Positions 16,047 to 27,392 of a stretch of DNA of 64,000 bases are shown in pieces. A program made the translations under genes and the position numbers. The stretch lies in assembly GCA_963719315.1 (NCBI GenBank), contig CAVRBU010000002.1, positions 1,600,001 to 1,664,000 on the forward strand. The letters run 5' to 3'. The notes under the pieces are model-generated. The model was not told the origin of the DNA. It saw nothing but the letters and a program-made list of their open reading frames with translations, and ran no database searches. The stretch is from an uncultured Planctomycetota bacterium (GTDB taxonomy: Bacteria > Planctomycetota > Planctomycetia > Pirellulales > Lacipirellulaceae). Position 1 is the stretch's first letter; every line of letters begins with the position of its first letter.

Positions 16047-16718
16047 AAATCGTATCGATCCCGCATCGAATTCCAGAAACTCAATGGCCGTGTAAGACTA
16101 AAGCTTACACCATCCGTTGGAGTGCGTCCAATTGGCCGAACCCAACCAAAGCCTTCTTCAACGCACGGTATTCGCGTTGCAACCGAATGATTTGATTTGT
16201 TCGCGGGAGGTAAATCAATTGTTGTTATCGGATGTCTGTTGTTGCCTCGATCACAGCCTGGATGGCAGTAATACCGAACCGCTTTCTGAACGAGGTTCGA
16301 GAACGTCAAGGCGATTGAAAATTTGGCCTAACATGGACGATGTCTTGTATGTCAACACTTCGGCTTCGGTCGTGCCTCGGTCGGCAAGAGAGCATCTAGG
16401 ATTTGTCGCATCGGCGAAGAATTTGCAGCGGCCTACCGGGGGGGCACTACACGCTCTCGAATAAAGCTGAACTGGTAGGGGATGACTGCACGGAAAAAGT
16501 AGTCCCATAGCAACCGTCCGCTCAAAACGACCAGTGACTATCCCGCAAAGCTCCGAACAATTTTATGGACTTTCCTGGCAAAATCATATAAATTAGATGA
16601 TGATATGGTGCTCGCTCCTTCACGTCAGTTGAAGGCCAGGGAACAGACTTCTGCCTGATAGCATGACCGACATTCGTCTTCCCATCTTGATGCTCTTTAC
16701 AGCTGCTCGTATCTGAAG

Positions 16719-18125
16719 GTGCCATTCAAGATGGACAATAATGACATCAGCAGACCAAACATAATGCAGCGGAGCACGCAAATTGGCGTCGCCTTGTTGT
16801 CGTCCACTGCAATATGGTTGTTCTCCTGCGCGCCCGCTCAGGCACTAATCGTGGCGGCGACCGGCACGACGGTGAACCCCGCAGCCTATCCCGACTGGAC
16901 GCAGGGCGATCCAGGATGGGCGAATGTAACCGAAGCTGGCTCCAATTACGTTTATCTTGGCGACCGGTGGATTTTATCCGCTCGGCACGTCGGCGTCAGC
17001 GACGCGATCTTCGGTACCGGCACGTTTACGCCGATTGCCGGTCAGGATTACGTGATTCACAATCCGCCGCCAGCGTTAGCCAATGGACTTTCGCTTAGCA
17101 CGGAAACCGATTTGCGGCTAATTCGCCTTAACGCCGACCCGGGGTTGCCAGCACTGACGATCGCATCGCAGTCGCCGCCGAATGTCGGCGCGATTGGCTC
17201 GCAGATTATGTTTGTGGGGCATGGTCCGACGCGACTTGCATCCGAAACGAACTGGCAGGTGAATCAATCCGATTCTAAGAATTGGATCTGGACGGAAGTG
17301 CCCAGCGGCGGCAACTATCACGGCTACAAGACGACCGGCCCGTCCGTCAAGCGGTGGGGAACCAACCGCTTAGCCAGTCCTGCCGACCCGATATATCAAA
17401 GTGTCTTCAATGGCACTCTGAGTAATACCACCGCCGTGCAGTCGATCAAAGGCGGTGATAACGTCACCCGCGATGTGATTTCCATGCTGACGTCGTTTGA
17501 CCAGCAGGGGCAGAACGGCGCCTTGTCGTTCGAATCCCAGGCCGTATCTGGAAACTCAGGTAGCGCCGTCTTCTACAACAATGGAAGCCAGTGGCAATTG
17601 GCGGGCATCGTCAATACGGTTCTTACCTACAACAATCAATCCACGTTATGGGGTGTGTACACCGACGCGACAACCTTTGCCGACCTGTCGTACTACAACA
17701 AACCGTATCAAGGAAGTATTTGCGACGTCATGAAGAGCTGCGGAAACTACTCGATCGTCGGCGATGTGAATCTCGATGGCAGTGTTTCAGGTGATGGAAC
17801 TGGGCCGTCGCAAACCGACGACGTGACCGCTTTCGTTGCTGGGTGGAATTTTGATAACGGCGCTGGCGCTGGTGACTACAACTCCTGGACGCATGGCGAC
17901 ATGAATCACGACGGCAAGACGGATGCCAATGACTTCTTCTTGTTCCGGGGCGCGCTAAGCGGGCAGCCTGGCGCCGCCGCTCTCAATACGCTTTTTGCCG
18001 GTCAATTGCCGTTCGACGGCGACGCCAACGTCGTGCCGGAACCCCTTGCCGTCAGCCTTGCATTGGTAGCCTTGGTGCTTTTTGCGTTCGGCAAAAGGCG
18101 CCGTCTGGCCTTCCTGTTGGGCTAG
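16719..18125 (+). CDS. PEP-CTERM protein with trypsin-like serine protease and dockerin-like Ca-binding domains
   Basis: Signal peptide; triad motifs LSARHV, TDLRLIRL, GNSGSAV; GDVNLDG and GDMNHDGKTDAND; C-terminal VPEP + TM + KRRR. Confidence 0.8.
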   Translation: MPFKMDNNDISRPNIMQRSTQIGVALLSSTAIWLFSCAPAQALIVAATGTTVNPAAYPDWTQGDPGWANVTEAGSNYVYLGDRWILSARHVGVSDAIFGTGTFTPIAGQDYVIHNPPPALANGLSLSTETDLRLIRLNADPGLPALTIASQSPPNVGAIGSQIMFVGHGPTRLASETNWQVNQSDSKNWIWTEVPSGGNYHGYKTTGPSVKRWGTNRLASPADPIYQSVFNGTLSNTTAVQSIKGGDNVTRDVISMLTSFDQQGQNGALSFESQAVSGNSGSAVFYNNGSQWQLAGIVNTVLTYNNQSTLWGVYTDATTFADLSYYNKPYQGSICDVMKSCGNYSIVGDVNLDGSVSGDGTGPSQTDDVTAFVAGWNFDNGAGAGDYNSWTHGDMNHDGKTDANDFFLFRGALSGQPGAAALNTLFAGQLPFDGDANVVPEPLAVSLALVALVLFAFGKRRRLAFLLG

Positions 18126-18258
18126 AGTCATAGTGCTGTTGTTTGAGGTAGTCCTCAAAAGCAGGACAACTGATGCCCGTACGGCACACCGGCTGTTCGA
18201 TTCCGCAGTCGCTTTATAGTTCTTTCGATGGTGCGTGCATCTCTGTCTAGAATTCACA

Positions 18259-19479
18259 ATGCGAATTATTGTTCACGACTACGCGGGACATCCATTTGAG
18301 GTGCAGCTTAGCCGCGAATTGGCCGCTCTCGGTCACCATGTGTTGCATCTCTATTGTGAATCCACGCATACTCCGCGGTGCCTTGAGCCGCTCGAGGAGC
18401 GACCCCAGCACATTCGATATCTGTGGGGTTGGACTTTCGGAGACAATCCCCAAAACGAACTTTTTTCGGAGGTTCGAACTCGAGTCGGAATACGCTCACA
18501 AGCTTCTTGCCGTCTGCGACCAATTTCAGCCCGCGGCGGTCCTCTCTGCAAACACGCCGTCGATTCCAGAGCATCGTTTGGCCCGCTGGTGCCGGCTCGG
18601 AAATGTCCGATTATTTTCCTGGATCCAAGATATCTACGGTTTGGCAGCTTACCGCCTGCTAAGTAAGAAATTGCCGGTCATCGGGCATATCGTGGGCCAA
18701 TACTTCATTAGGCTCGATAAGTGGTCCGCCCGTCATAGCGCGGGGCTCATCGTGATCAGCGAGGACTTCCGCGAAGTATTTCGCGGCTGGGGAATCGAAA
18801 AGTCACGGATTCACGTCATTCACAATTGGGCGCCGCTGGATGAAATGCCACGGCGGCCTCGCGAAAACGATTGGTCAAGATCGCAAGATTTTGGCGCCGG
18901 TCTACGATTCCTATACGCGGGAACGTTGGCGATGAAGCACAATCCGGCCCTGTTGATGGAATTGGCACGCACACTTGAACACCCTGCGAGGGGCGAACTG
19001 GTAGTGGTTTCAGAAGGGCCTGGCGTGGAATGGCTTTCAGCACAGGCTGCCGCGCAAAAGATAAAATCGTTGCGATGTATGGGCTTTCAACCGTTCGAGT
19101 CCCTACCAGATGTACTGGGCAGCGCGGACGTCCTGGTCGCCATCCTCGAGGCCGACGCCGGCGTTTTTAGCGTTCCGTCGAAAGTCCTCAGCTACTTCGT
19201 GCCGGCCGCCCCGTACTGCTGGCGGTCCCCAAGGAGAATCAGGCCGCCAAACTCGTCGTGCAATCACACGCGGGATTGGTCGTCGAGCCGAACGACATCG
19301 CCGGCTTTTGTTCCGCGGCACGACAACTCATTGATTCACCGCAACTCCGCGACCAGTCAGGTGAATCCGCTCGCGCATATGCAGAAGCGAATTTCGACAT
19401 TCACCGCATCGGCAAACAATTCGAGGCCATCCTCGAAAGTGGGAGCTTGCCACCAAGCTCGCCGGTAGAACCAGTGTAA
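18259..19479 (+). CDS. Glycosyltransferase family 4 (WcaI-like), two frameshifts
   Basis: MRIIVHDYAGHPF, WIQDIY, IHNW, YAGTLAMKH, FSVPSKVLSY. Confidence 0.85.
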
Positions 19480-19742
19480 GCGCGGCGCTTTTGTCGAGAT
19501 TTCAGCCTGTTCCGAGCAGCTTTCCGAAAAAGCTTTCGGATCTTTAGGCAGGTCGCCTAATATCGCTTTGCTGGCGGAGAAGCACTCGGCGATCCGCCAC
19601 GCGACCGTGACCAAATCGCCAGTCGAGGTCTCGGCATATCGTCGCTTGATTTCGGCGATTGCGCAAGTGGTCCTGAGCGTAGCCGAGCAGCGAGGTCTCG
19701 GTGAGATTTGATACCGCTGGGACCGTCATAGCGAAGTAAAAA

Positions 19743-19830
19743 CCCTCTCCCTCTGGGAGAGGGCAGGGTGAGGGAATCTTGGCTTTCGACGCTCCACCCT
19801 CCCCCCCAATCCTCTCCCAGAGGGAGAAGA
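19743..19830. repeat. Inverted REP pair (CCCTCTCCC...GGGAGAGGG family)
   Basis: ccctctccctctgggagagggcagggtgaggg and degenerate inverted partner ccctccccccc..cctctcccagagggaga. Confidence 0.8.
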
Positions 19831-19999
19831 AGATAAAGCAGCGCCTCTGTCGATGAGAATAATGTCGGCCGCCCCAGGCCGCCGTTTCTAAACGCCCTCA
19901 AAAATTGCACGACTGGCCAGCTCTCGCACTAAAAGTGTCAAACTCCAAAGCCCGGCGGCTGCGTGCCGATTGAATCCCCATGGATTTCGCTCCGCTCAT

Positions 20000-22207
20000 C
20001 TAATCTTCGTCGCCGGCAGGAGTGAGTCGCTTGTATTCGGCGGCCATCCAGCGCGGGATATCCACTTTGTACCATTGCGAGAAACGGTTTTCACTGGGAC
20101 CGCCGGGCAAATTGGTCCAGGCTTCGTCGACACCCATGTCGGTCACAAAATGGTACGTGGGAGCGAACGTGGTTTCGCGCGTGGCCGTCGTCATGATGTG
20201 GCCCTGAAACGGCGTGGCGTGGCAGCCGGGCATCGCAATTGGTTTTGATTTGAAGCCCAGTAGCCGGCCGCCGCGGGCACTGCCGAAGAAGCGATTGACG
20301 AAGTGAAACGTGTTGAACTCCGACCAGGGCACCACGGGTTCCCTTTGGGCCAGTTCGGCCGCTTGTTGAATGAGAGTTTTCTTGTTGCGGCCGCGCCACC
20401 AGGCGGAGGTCACCTTGCGGAGCGTGCGATCGATCGCGGTGAGGACCATCGTCGAATACCCCATCCGCGTGCACAGGTAAAACATTCGCCGCCAGCCGAT
20501 GCCCTGCTCGTTGCCGAAGATTTGCAGCACTACGTGGCGATAGAAGTGCTGAAACAGCGTCGCCTCGGTGCTGGTCGGAGTGTAGCGATAATCCCAAGCC
20601 GAAAGCTTTGCTTTGAGTGGGCAGTCGTCGACGAGCGCCAACAATACGGGCAACAGGTCGCGAGCTTGCACGCTGAGCACATCGTATTGCAGGCTCTGCA
20701 TATCGGCGATCGTGGCTTTCGGCATCTCGGTCAGCCGTTCGACGATTCGCCGTTTGCGATAGTCGGGCTGCGCATGGGCGTGGAGCGGCGGCCCATCGCG
20801 GCGGTACAGCTCTTCGTTTGCGCTTGCGATGAATCCGATGGCGGGATCGTACTCGCGCGGCAACAAGTCGACACGCACGCGGCCTTGCCAATGGTTTTCC
20901 GATTCCCAGGCGGCGACGGGTAGGATGCCCGAGTTACCGCCGCCGCGTTGCGGCAGCCAGCCGCTGGCCTGCAAGCCGATGTGCCCCTCGCGGTCGGCAA
21001 ACAGCCACACCAGCGATGGGTGCGGACCGATGCGCACGGTTTCCATCGCGGCCGCGGCGTTCGGAGCCGTGATGACATCCAGCCAGGTTCCGATCGCGCG
21101 GCCGCCATCGGCCTGCTCGCCGATCCAACTCACCGAAAGGTACTTGCCGGGTCCCTCGGCTGGATTGGGCGTGGTGCTCAAGATTCCCTGTTCGTTTTCG
21201 TACACATTCAGCGTGATCGGCTCCGCTCCTTTGCGACGAATAATCTCCTGGCGGCGCTGGAAATCGAACCAGCGGTCGCCACGGCGAAACTGCCAACCGG
21301 TCGAGCCTCCAGGTTGACAATCCTCGATGAAGAAGTCGCTCGTATCCGCGTGCATGTACGTGACGCCCCACGCCATATTGTGGGAGCGGCCGACGGCCAT
21401 GATCGGGCAACCCGGCAGCGTGGCGCCCATCGCATATTCGCCATCACCCCAGCGCAGTGCGACCTCGTACCAGATCGACGGCAATCGATTGACTTCGAGA
21501 TGCGGATCGGACGCCAGCATGGCGTGGCCGGTTGCGCTCCGCCCGGGGCTGACGGCCCAGGCATTGCTGCCGGCCAAGCGTGGCAGATCAGCCAGCACTT
21601 CGAGCGTTTCGTCGGACAGCCGCTTTGCGATGCGAATTTCGCGAAGCGGTTCGAAATCGATACCGTCCAGGTACGGATGGAAAAGTTCGCGGAGCCGCTC
21701 ATCATCGACGCCTAGTTGGATGAGCTCCAGGAGCAGCCGTTCGTTCTCTTGTTCGCCCACAGTGAGGCCGGCGAAGCTCAACAGTTTGCCGATGAGCAGC
21801 ACGGACACCGGCTCCCACGGTCGCGGGCGAAAGCCTGTAACCCACATGGGCAGCGTACGGCCGGCCTCGACGAGGCCGTCATTCACGCCTTGGCAGTACC
21901 AATCGAGTTGCTCCCGAGTTTTGGTGGGCAGCCGGCGGATCTCGAGATCCAAGTCGCGGTACAGTCCGGCCCGCCGCAGAAAGATATCCATCTCCTGCAG
22001 CTCAGGCTTGTTGGCGATTCGCTCGGCCGCCTGGCCGCCGGCGATCGCGCGGGCGAAATAGACTTGCGTGGGCCGATCGATCGCGTGCATGTAGCCCCAG
22101 GCGTAGAGGGCTTCGAGCCACGTGGCGGCCTCGACGTGCGGCACGCCGTTCTCATCTCGCGCCGCCTTGAATTTGTATCGAGCCGCCTTGGCCGCAATCG
22201 GTTCCAT
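20000..22207 (-). CDS. Penicillin acylase family (Ntn hydrolase)
   Basis: RDENGVPHV, GYMHAIDR, GSNAWAV (catalytic Ser), ASDPHL, SANE. Confidence 0.9.
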   Translation of the reverse strand: MEPIAAKAARYKFKAARDENGVPHVEAATWLEALYAWGYMHAIDRPTQVYFARAIAGGQAAERIANKPELQEMDIFLRRAGLYRDLDLEIRRLPTKTREQLDWYCQGVNDGLVEAGRTLPMWVTGFRPRPWEPVSVLLIGKLLSFAGLTVGEQENERLLLELIQLGVDDERLRELFHPYLDGIDFEPLREIRIAKRLSDETLEVLADLPRLAGSNAWAVSPGRSATGHAMLASDPHLEVNRLPSIWYEVALRWGDGEYAMGATLPGCPIMAVGRSHNMAWGVTYMHADTSDFFIEDCQPGGSTGWQFRRGDRWFDFQRRQEIIRRKGAEPITLNVYENEQGILSTTPNPAEGPGKYLSVSWIGEQADGGRAIGTWLDVITAPNAAAAMETVRIGPHPSLVWLFADREGHIGLQASGWLPQRGGGNSGILPVAAWESENHWQGRVRVDLLPREYDPAIGFIASANEELYRRDGPPLHAHAQPDYRKRRIVERLTEMPKATIADMQSLQYDVLSVQARDLLPVLLALVDDCPLKAKLSAWDYRYTPTSTEATLFQHFYRHVVLQIFGNEQGIGWRRMFYLCTRMGYSTMVLTAIDRTLRKVTSAWWRGRNKKTLIQQAAELAQREPVVPWSEFNTFHFVNRFFGSARGGRLLGFKSKPIAMPGCHATPFQGHIMTTATRETTFAPTYHFVTDMGVDEAWTNLPGGPSENRFSQWYKVDIPRWMAAEYKRLTPAGDED

Positions 22208-22499
22208 TCCAGAAGTGTATCGCACGACTGCAGGTTGAGGAAATTGCAGTGACGGTGGGTAGCGCTTCGGCTTGGGCCTGTCACCCTGAGATATTTCAAA
22301 AAGGGTCGGGCCGGATTCCTCAGAGTACCTTCATATGAGAAATCGTTGAATGGCCCGTTATCGGAACGTCGTCACCGACCCATGATGGACCGCTCATGGT
22401 TCAATAGAGCGATATTGCGGCGCACAGCTTGAGCGCAGACGAAATCATAACTCGCGCAATCTGAGAAATGAGCCGCGAAGAGGCGCGTCTCAAGTAAGA

Positions 22500-22589
22500 C
22501 TATTTCTTGCGGTGGCGAATTTTCGCACGCATGCGGCGTTTCTTACGCCCCAGCTTTCGCCGACCCTTTCCTGATTTTCTTGTGCCCAA
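22500..22589 (-). CDS. 29-aa Arg/Lys-rich small protein (possible small ribosomal/RNA-binding protein)
   Basis: GGAG RBS, TTG start, MGTRKSGKGRRKLGRKKRRMRAKIRHRKK, TAG; below ORF-track cutoff. Confidence 0.65.
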   Translation of the reverse strand: MGTRKSGKGRRKLGRKKRRMRAKIRHRKK

Positions 22590-22981
22590 GGCAATCTCCG
22601 TGTTCAAAAATAATTCTTCGAGCCGACCGATGGTAATTCATGATTTTAGCTTGACTCTTGGTAATGACGCAAGAGTGACGCGGCAAAGGCGGTGTTTGAT
22701 GCAATACGCTGTGCGCTTTAGAAGAATGCTGGTCTCAATTCGATGAGTCAGGAATACCGAGCTCTAGGCGAATTCGAACGCATCGGGCGTGTGCAGACCA
22801 AACTTCCGTTTAACACTCCTTGTTGTGACGGTCACACTGCAAGGGTCTATCTCAGCTTGTCGTATAATTCGCCGCAGAAGCAGGACACGCCAAAACGTAT
22901 CTCGAAAAGTTTCTTGCTGGCAAACTTGGCTCAGTTTCTTCAAGGCTCTACTCGCGTCTCGGAGACGCGGCCATATGGGGG

Positions 22982-24073
22982 TTAAACGTTGAATAGGAAG
23001 TGGCAAACATCTTTGTCTTGCATCACATAGGTCTTGCCTTCCAGTCGCAGCTTGCCGGCCTCGCGAATAGCTTTTTCGCTGCAGTACTGTACCAGATCGT
23101 CGACCGAATAGACTTCCACGCGGATGAAGCCTCGCTCGAAGTCGGTGTGAATGACTCCGGCCGCCTGCGGCGCGGTCGCGCCCACGGGAATCGTCCACGC
23201 GCGAATCTCCTTGGGGCCGGCAGTGTAATAACTTTGCAGGCCCAAGAGCTTGTAGGCGGCGCGGGCCAGCGGGGCGAGCGCTGGTTCGTCCAAACCCACA
23301 CTCTGCAACATTTCGGCGCGGTCTGCTTCGTCTAGCTCGGCGACTTCGGCTTCGATCCGTGCGCTCACAGGAACCACTTGGCTGCCTTCGGCGATCGCTC
23401 GCTTCCGCACGAGTTCGACCATTGGACTAGTGCCCGCCAGATCAACTTCGCTGACGTTGGCTACGTACAATACACGCTTCGATGTGAGCAGTTGCAAGTC
23501 ACGGAATATCAACGTCGATGCGGGATCATCGTACGACAGGGCGCGAACCGGCTTGCCCGCAGCCAACAATGCCTCGCATTCCTGGAGGATTTCCAGCCTC
23601 CGTTTGGCGTCCGGCCCGCCCAGCCGGATTTGCTTGGCTGCGCGGTCAACCATACCTTCGACCGCTTGCAGGTCGGCCAGCATCAGCTCAGTGTCGATCG
23701 TTTCGATATCGCGGAGTGGATCGACGCTGCCCTCCACATGGACGACGTTTTCATCTTCGTAGCAGCGAACGACGTGGAGGATCGCATCTACGTTTCGCAA
23801 ATTGCCTAGGAACTTGTTGCCGAGACCTTCGCCCTGCGACGCGCCGCGCACGAGGCCGGCAATATCGACGAGCTGAAAAATGGCCGGAACGATCTTCTCG
23901 GTCTCGATGAACTTGTTAATTGTCGCCAGCCGCGGATCGGGGATGGCGACGGCGCCGACATTCGGCTCGATCGTGCAGAACGGGTAGTTTTCACTCGCAA
24001 TCCCCGCGGCCGTGAGCGCGTTGAAGAGGGTGCTCTTGCCGACGTTCGGTAAACCAACGATACCTGCTTCCAT
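22982..24073 (-). CDS. ychF: Redox-regulated ribosome-binding ATPase YchF
   Basis: [54 protein letters not shown]. Confidence 0.97.
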   Translation of the reverse strand: MEAGIVGLPNVGKSTLFNALTAAGIASENYPFCTIEPNVGAVAIPDPRLATINKFIETEKIVPAIFQLVDIAGLVRGASQGEGLGNKFLGNLRNVDAILHVVRCYEDENVVHVEGSVDPLRDIETIDTELMLADLQAVEGMVDRAAKQIRLGGPDAKRRLEILQECEALLAAGKPVRALSYDDPASTLIFRDLQLLTSKRVLYVANVSEVDLAGTSPMVELVRKRAIAEGSQVVPVSARIEAEVAELDEADRAEMLQSVGLDEPALAPLARAAYKLLGLQSYYTAGPKEIRAWTIPVGATAPQAAGVIHTDFERGFIRVEVYSVDDLVQYCSEKAIREAGKLRLEGKTYVMQDKDVCHFLFNV

Positions 24074-24359
24074 GTGTCCTGCTCGTCCCTCGCCTTTGCC
24101 CTATTCAAACGCGAAAGTATAACCGCAAAGCCGCGAATCTCACAAAGAGTCGCTTCAAGCCAAATCGATGGAGCCCTCGTGGTAATAGCGCGTTTCTCAC
24201 TCAGCCCACGGCTATTTTGGCGGAGTTTGCGGTCGAAAATGCCACGTTTTCACGTAGCCCAATGCAACCAAAGTCGCAATAATGCAGCGCTGAAGGGCTG
24301 CCATCCAGAATGACTATTGCGGCAACCCTCAAATCTTCTTTTGCAAGAGAGCCTGCGCC

Positions 24360-26072
24360 ATGTTTCGTATCGTACCGCCCGTGTCGTTGATGGCTATTGT
24401 CCTGATGGCGGCAATTGCCGTGCCCGCAGTCGCCGAGAACGAGGGGCAGGCGGACCTCGACAAAGCCACGCAGCTAAAGGTAACGGCCGAGACTCTCGAC
24501 GATCTGAACGAAGTCGTCGATCACGCGGACTCCGCGCTGGAAAAGGGGCTCGACGCGGACAACAAGAAATTCGCCGAGCAATTGCTCATTTCGTCGCTAC
24601 TTCAGCGGGGCCAATTGTTCGCGGTCGCTGTGTTCAACGTGCCCGCGCAGGATCCGCAACGCGGGATGCGTTCAATGCAGTTCCGGCAGTTCGCTTTGAG
24701 CGACTTGCAGCGGGCAGTAGGCTTGGACGATAGACTCACCGACGCGCAATTGCTCATCGGCAAACTGCAATCGCTGCCGCTGGGAGACAAGTCGGCCGCC
24801 CGGCGGGCACTCACGAAAGTCGTGAATACCGAGGGGGCGGAGCCCGAACAAAAGGCTGAAGCCTACGCGCTGCGGAGCGCCGTGCAGAAAGACGACAAGG
24901 ACGCAATTGCCGATTTGAACAAGGCGGTCGAGCTCCAGCCCGAAAAGCCCGACTACTTGCGACTTCGCGCCGAGCACCTGTACGAACAAGACAAATACGA
25001 TGAAGCCCTGGCCGACACGGATCTCGCGCTCAAACTGGAACCTGACCACGCCGATACAAACGAACTCCGCGGCATGATCCTGCTCAGCTTGAACAAATAC
25101 GATGAGGCTCTCAAAAGCTTCGACCGATCCAGTGAGCTCAGTCCCGAGGCGCCGCTGCCGTATCAGCATCGCGGAGAGCTGTATCGTCAAAAGGGCGATA
25201 TGCAGAAAGCATTGGAACAATTGACGAAGGCTCTGGAGTTATCGCCAAAAAACATTTCGACATTGCTCGTTCGTGCCGGAGTGTACTACGAACTCAAGCA
25301 GCCCGAAAAGGCGTTGGAAGACATCGACAAAGCGATCGAGTTGCAACCGACGCTGGCCCAGCCGCATCTTATGAAGGTTGAGATCTTGGCGTCCACGAAC
25401 CATCTCGATGAGGCGATAGCACATCTTCAGAAGCTGTTGAAGACGGCCCCCGATAACGAACTAATTCTAGACCGGTTGGGCGCTTTCTACCTGATGGCCA
25501 ACCGCCCGCGGAAGGCGATCGAGTCGGCCACGCAAATCCTGTCGCACGACCCCGATAATTTTGCGGCGCGGCGACTCCGCGCCGACGCGTACCTGAATAT
25601 TGGGAAGCACGCGGAGGCCATCGCCGACTTCGATAAGGCTCTGACGCAAAAGGAGGATGATGAGGGCCTGCTGAATAATTACGCGTGGGTGCTGGCCACG
25701 TCGCCGGACGACAAACTACGCGACGGCTCGAAGGCTTTGAAATTGGCCACCAAGGCGGCCGAAGCAAGCGGCTACGAAACGCCGCACATTTTGAGCACGC
25801 TCGCGGCCGCGTACGCGGAAACGGGCGATTTCGACAACGCGATGAAATGGTCGCAAAAGGCCGTTGAGATTTCCCAGAAGGAGGTCGCTGCGGCCAAGCC
25901 CGAGGATGACAAGGCCAAGCTGGAAGCCGACCGCGACATGCTCAAAAAAGAGCTAGAAGGTTATCGCGAACGCAAACCGGTGCGGGAACGGCAAACGGCC
26001 GAGGACGCGTCCGACTCGCCGGCGGTCGATCATGCGGCGGCGTCAAAGAGTAAAGCGGGACTCAAGGATTAG
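24360..26072 (+). CDS. Secreted tetratricopeptide-repeat protein
   Basis: Signal peptide; multiple TPRs; NNYAWVLATSPDDKLRDG. Confidence 0.9.
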   Translation: MFRIVPPVSLMAIVLMAAIAVPAVAENEGQADLDKATQLKVTAETLDDLNEVVDHADSALEKGLDADNKKFAEQLLISSLLQRGQLFAVAVFNVPAQDPQRGMRSMQFRQFALSDLQRAVGLDDRLTDAQLLIGKLQSLPLGDKSAARRALTKVVNTEGAEPEQKAEAYALRSAVQKDDKDAIADLNKAVELQPEKPDYLRLRAEHLYEQDKYDEALADTDLALKLEPDHADTNELRGMILLSLNKYDEALKSFDRSSELSPEAPLPYQHRGELYRQKGDMQKALEQLTKALELSPKNISTLLVRAGVYYELKQPEKALEDIDKAIELQPTLAQPHLMKVEILASTNHLDEAIAHLQKLLKTAPDNELILDRLGAFYLMANRPRKAIESATQILSHDPDNFAARRLRADAYLNIGKHAEAIADFDKALTQKEDDEGLLNNYAWVLATSPDDKLRDGSKALKLATKAAEASGYETPHILSTLAAAYAETGDFDNAMKWSQKAVEISQKEVAAAKPEDDKAKLEADRDMLKKELEGYRERKPVRERQTAEDASDSPAVDHAAASKSKAGLKD

Positions 26073-26164
26073 CGTCGGTGGGGAAGGCGAATTCTCGCCG
26101 CATGAGAGCTGTGCGCCGCGAATTCGGTCTGGCGACCGACGCTAAGAGGGCACGTCACGGAGCG

Positions 26165-27250
26165 CTATTCTACTTCTTGCATGTAGCGCAGAAACTTGGC
26201 TTCGAGCATCTTCAGATCGCTGCCAAAGATGCTTTGGATATCTGCCATCCGCTCCGTAGCCGGGTATTCGCTGAACAGCGGTCTCGCGGCGGTCAACGCC
26301 AGATAGTCGGCGTACTGCCGCGGTTGCGTTTCGCACAAGTAGAACGACAGCGCCCAGGCCTCGGCGTACGCGCCGTCCTGATCGCTGCGAAAAGCGTCGT
26401 CAGTCGAGAGCAACATGGCCAGCGAGCCGGGCTGCCGCCGCTTGGCCAAATAGTTGCGGAAGCCGGCCAGCCGGCCGCGATTCACGCGATCGGCTTGGGT
26501 GTGATCGTATCGCGCGCTCCACACGCCGGGTGCCTCGAACATCGTGGCCAAGCCCTCGACTAACCAGCGCGGCTCGGCTGCGAAGCGGCGATGTACTCCA
26601 ACGTTGTACGCGGTCTGGTGCGTGGCCTCGTGGATGATCGTTTCCGCGTTTTCCGACCAATCGACGCCGCTCTTGTCAGCCGTTGCATCGAACAAGAACA
26701 CGCGATTCGTCAGCGGATCGTAGTGCCCGAGCGTGTTGGGATGCATGGGCGTGCCACTGGCAGCGGCGTTACGCATATATTCAGCCTGGTTGCGAAACAC
26801 CACGGCCACGAGCGGGTATGGCGGCTCGGCGAGAGCAAAGCCGCGGACGCGAAAATAATGACCGAACCGGTTGTACAAATCCTCGAAGCGATCGGCCCAC
26901 TGGTCGCGTTGGCCCTGCGGATGCACGACCAGGTAATGCCGCGTCGTAGATACCTCGAAGCGGTTGCCGAATTCCTGTTCGAGTGCCGTCTTCATCTCGG
27001 CCGGCGAGTAGCCTACAAACTGCGGACCCGTTTTGGCGGCATCCTGGGCCAGCTTCGGATTGAATTGGTGCAGCTGGCCGTCGCGTCCCAACAGCAGCAT
27101 GTGCTCGGCATCCCAGGAGAGTGGCTTGCCTTCGAGCACCTGCCCTTCGACGCTCGCCCGAAACATGAATTCGGCAGCAGGGGCGTGTAAGACACATGCT
27201 GCCGTCCATGTCGCTAAGGCACATAGACTGAGGTGGAAAGGACATTTCAT
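26165..27250 (-). CDS. DUF1570 domain protein (HExxH zincin-like)
   Basis: Signal peptide; TIIHEATHQTAYNVGVH, PRWLVEGLATMFE, YAEAWAL. Confidence 0.8.
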   Translation of the reverse strand: MKCPFHLSLCALATWTAACVLHAPAAEFMFRASVEGQVLEGKPLSWDAEHMLLLGRDGQLHQFNPKLAQDAAKTGPQFVGYSPAEMKTALEQEFGNRFEVSTTRHYLVVHPQGQRDQWADRFEDLYNRFGHYFRVRGFALAEPPYPLVAVVFRNQAEYMRNAAASGTPMHPNTLGHYDPLTNRVFLFDATADKSGVDWSENAETIIHEATHQTAYNVGVHRRFAAEPRWLVEGLATMFEAPGVWSARYDHTQADRVNRGRLAGFRNYLAKRRQPGSLAMLLSTDDAFRSDQDGAYAEAWALSFYLCETQPRQYADYLALTAARPLFSEYPATERMADIQSIFGSDLKMLEAKFLRYMQEVE

Positions 27251-27392
27251 AGGCGTATTTCCTCGGCCTAGCCGCGGGCCTGCGGCCCGCCGGTCCTTGG
27301 CCATTACAAGCCTAGCTCACGCCCTCGACGGCAAGCGGCAGACAACCGTGCTCCCAACCGGTAAAATAAGGGAAAACGAAAAGGATCGGCCG

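Noticed and set aside
15992..16309. 105-aa minus-strand ORF upstream of GT4
   Set aside because: No recognisable motif, overlaps the GT4 start, error-prone region
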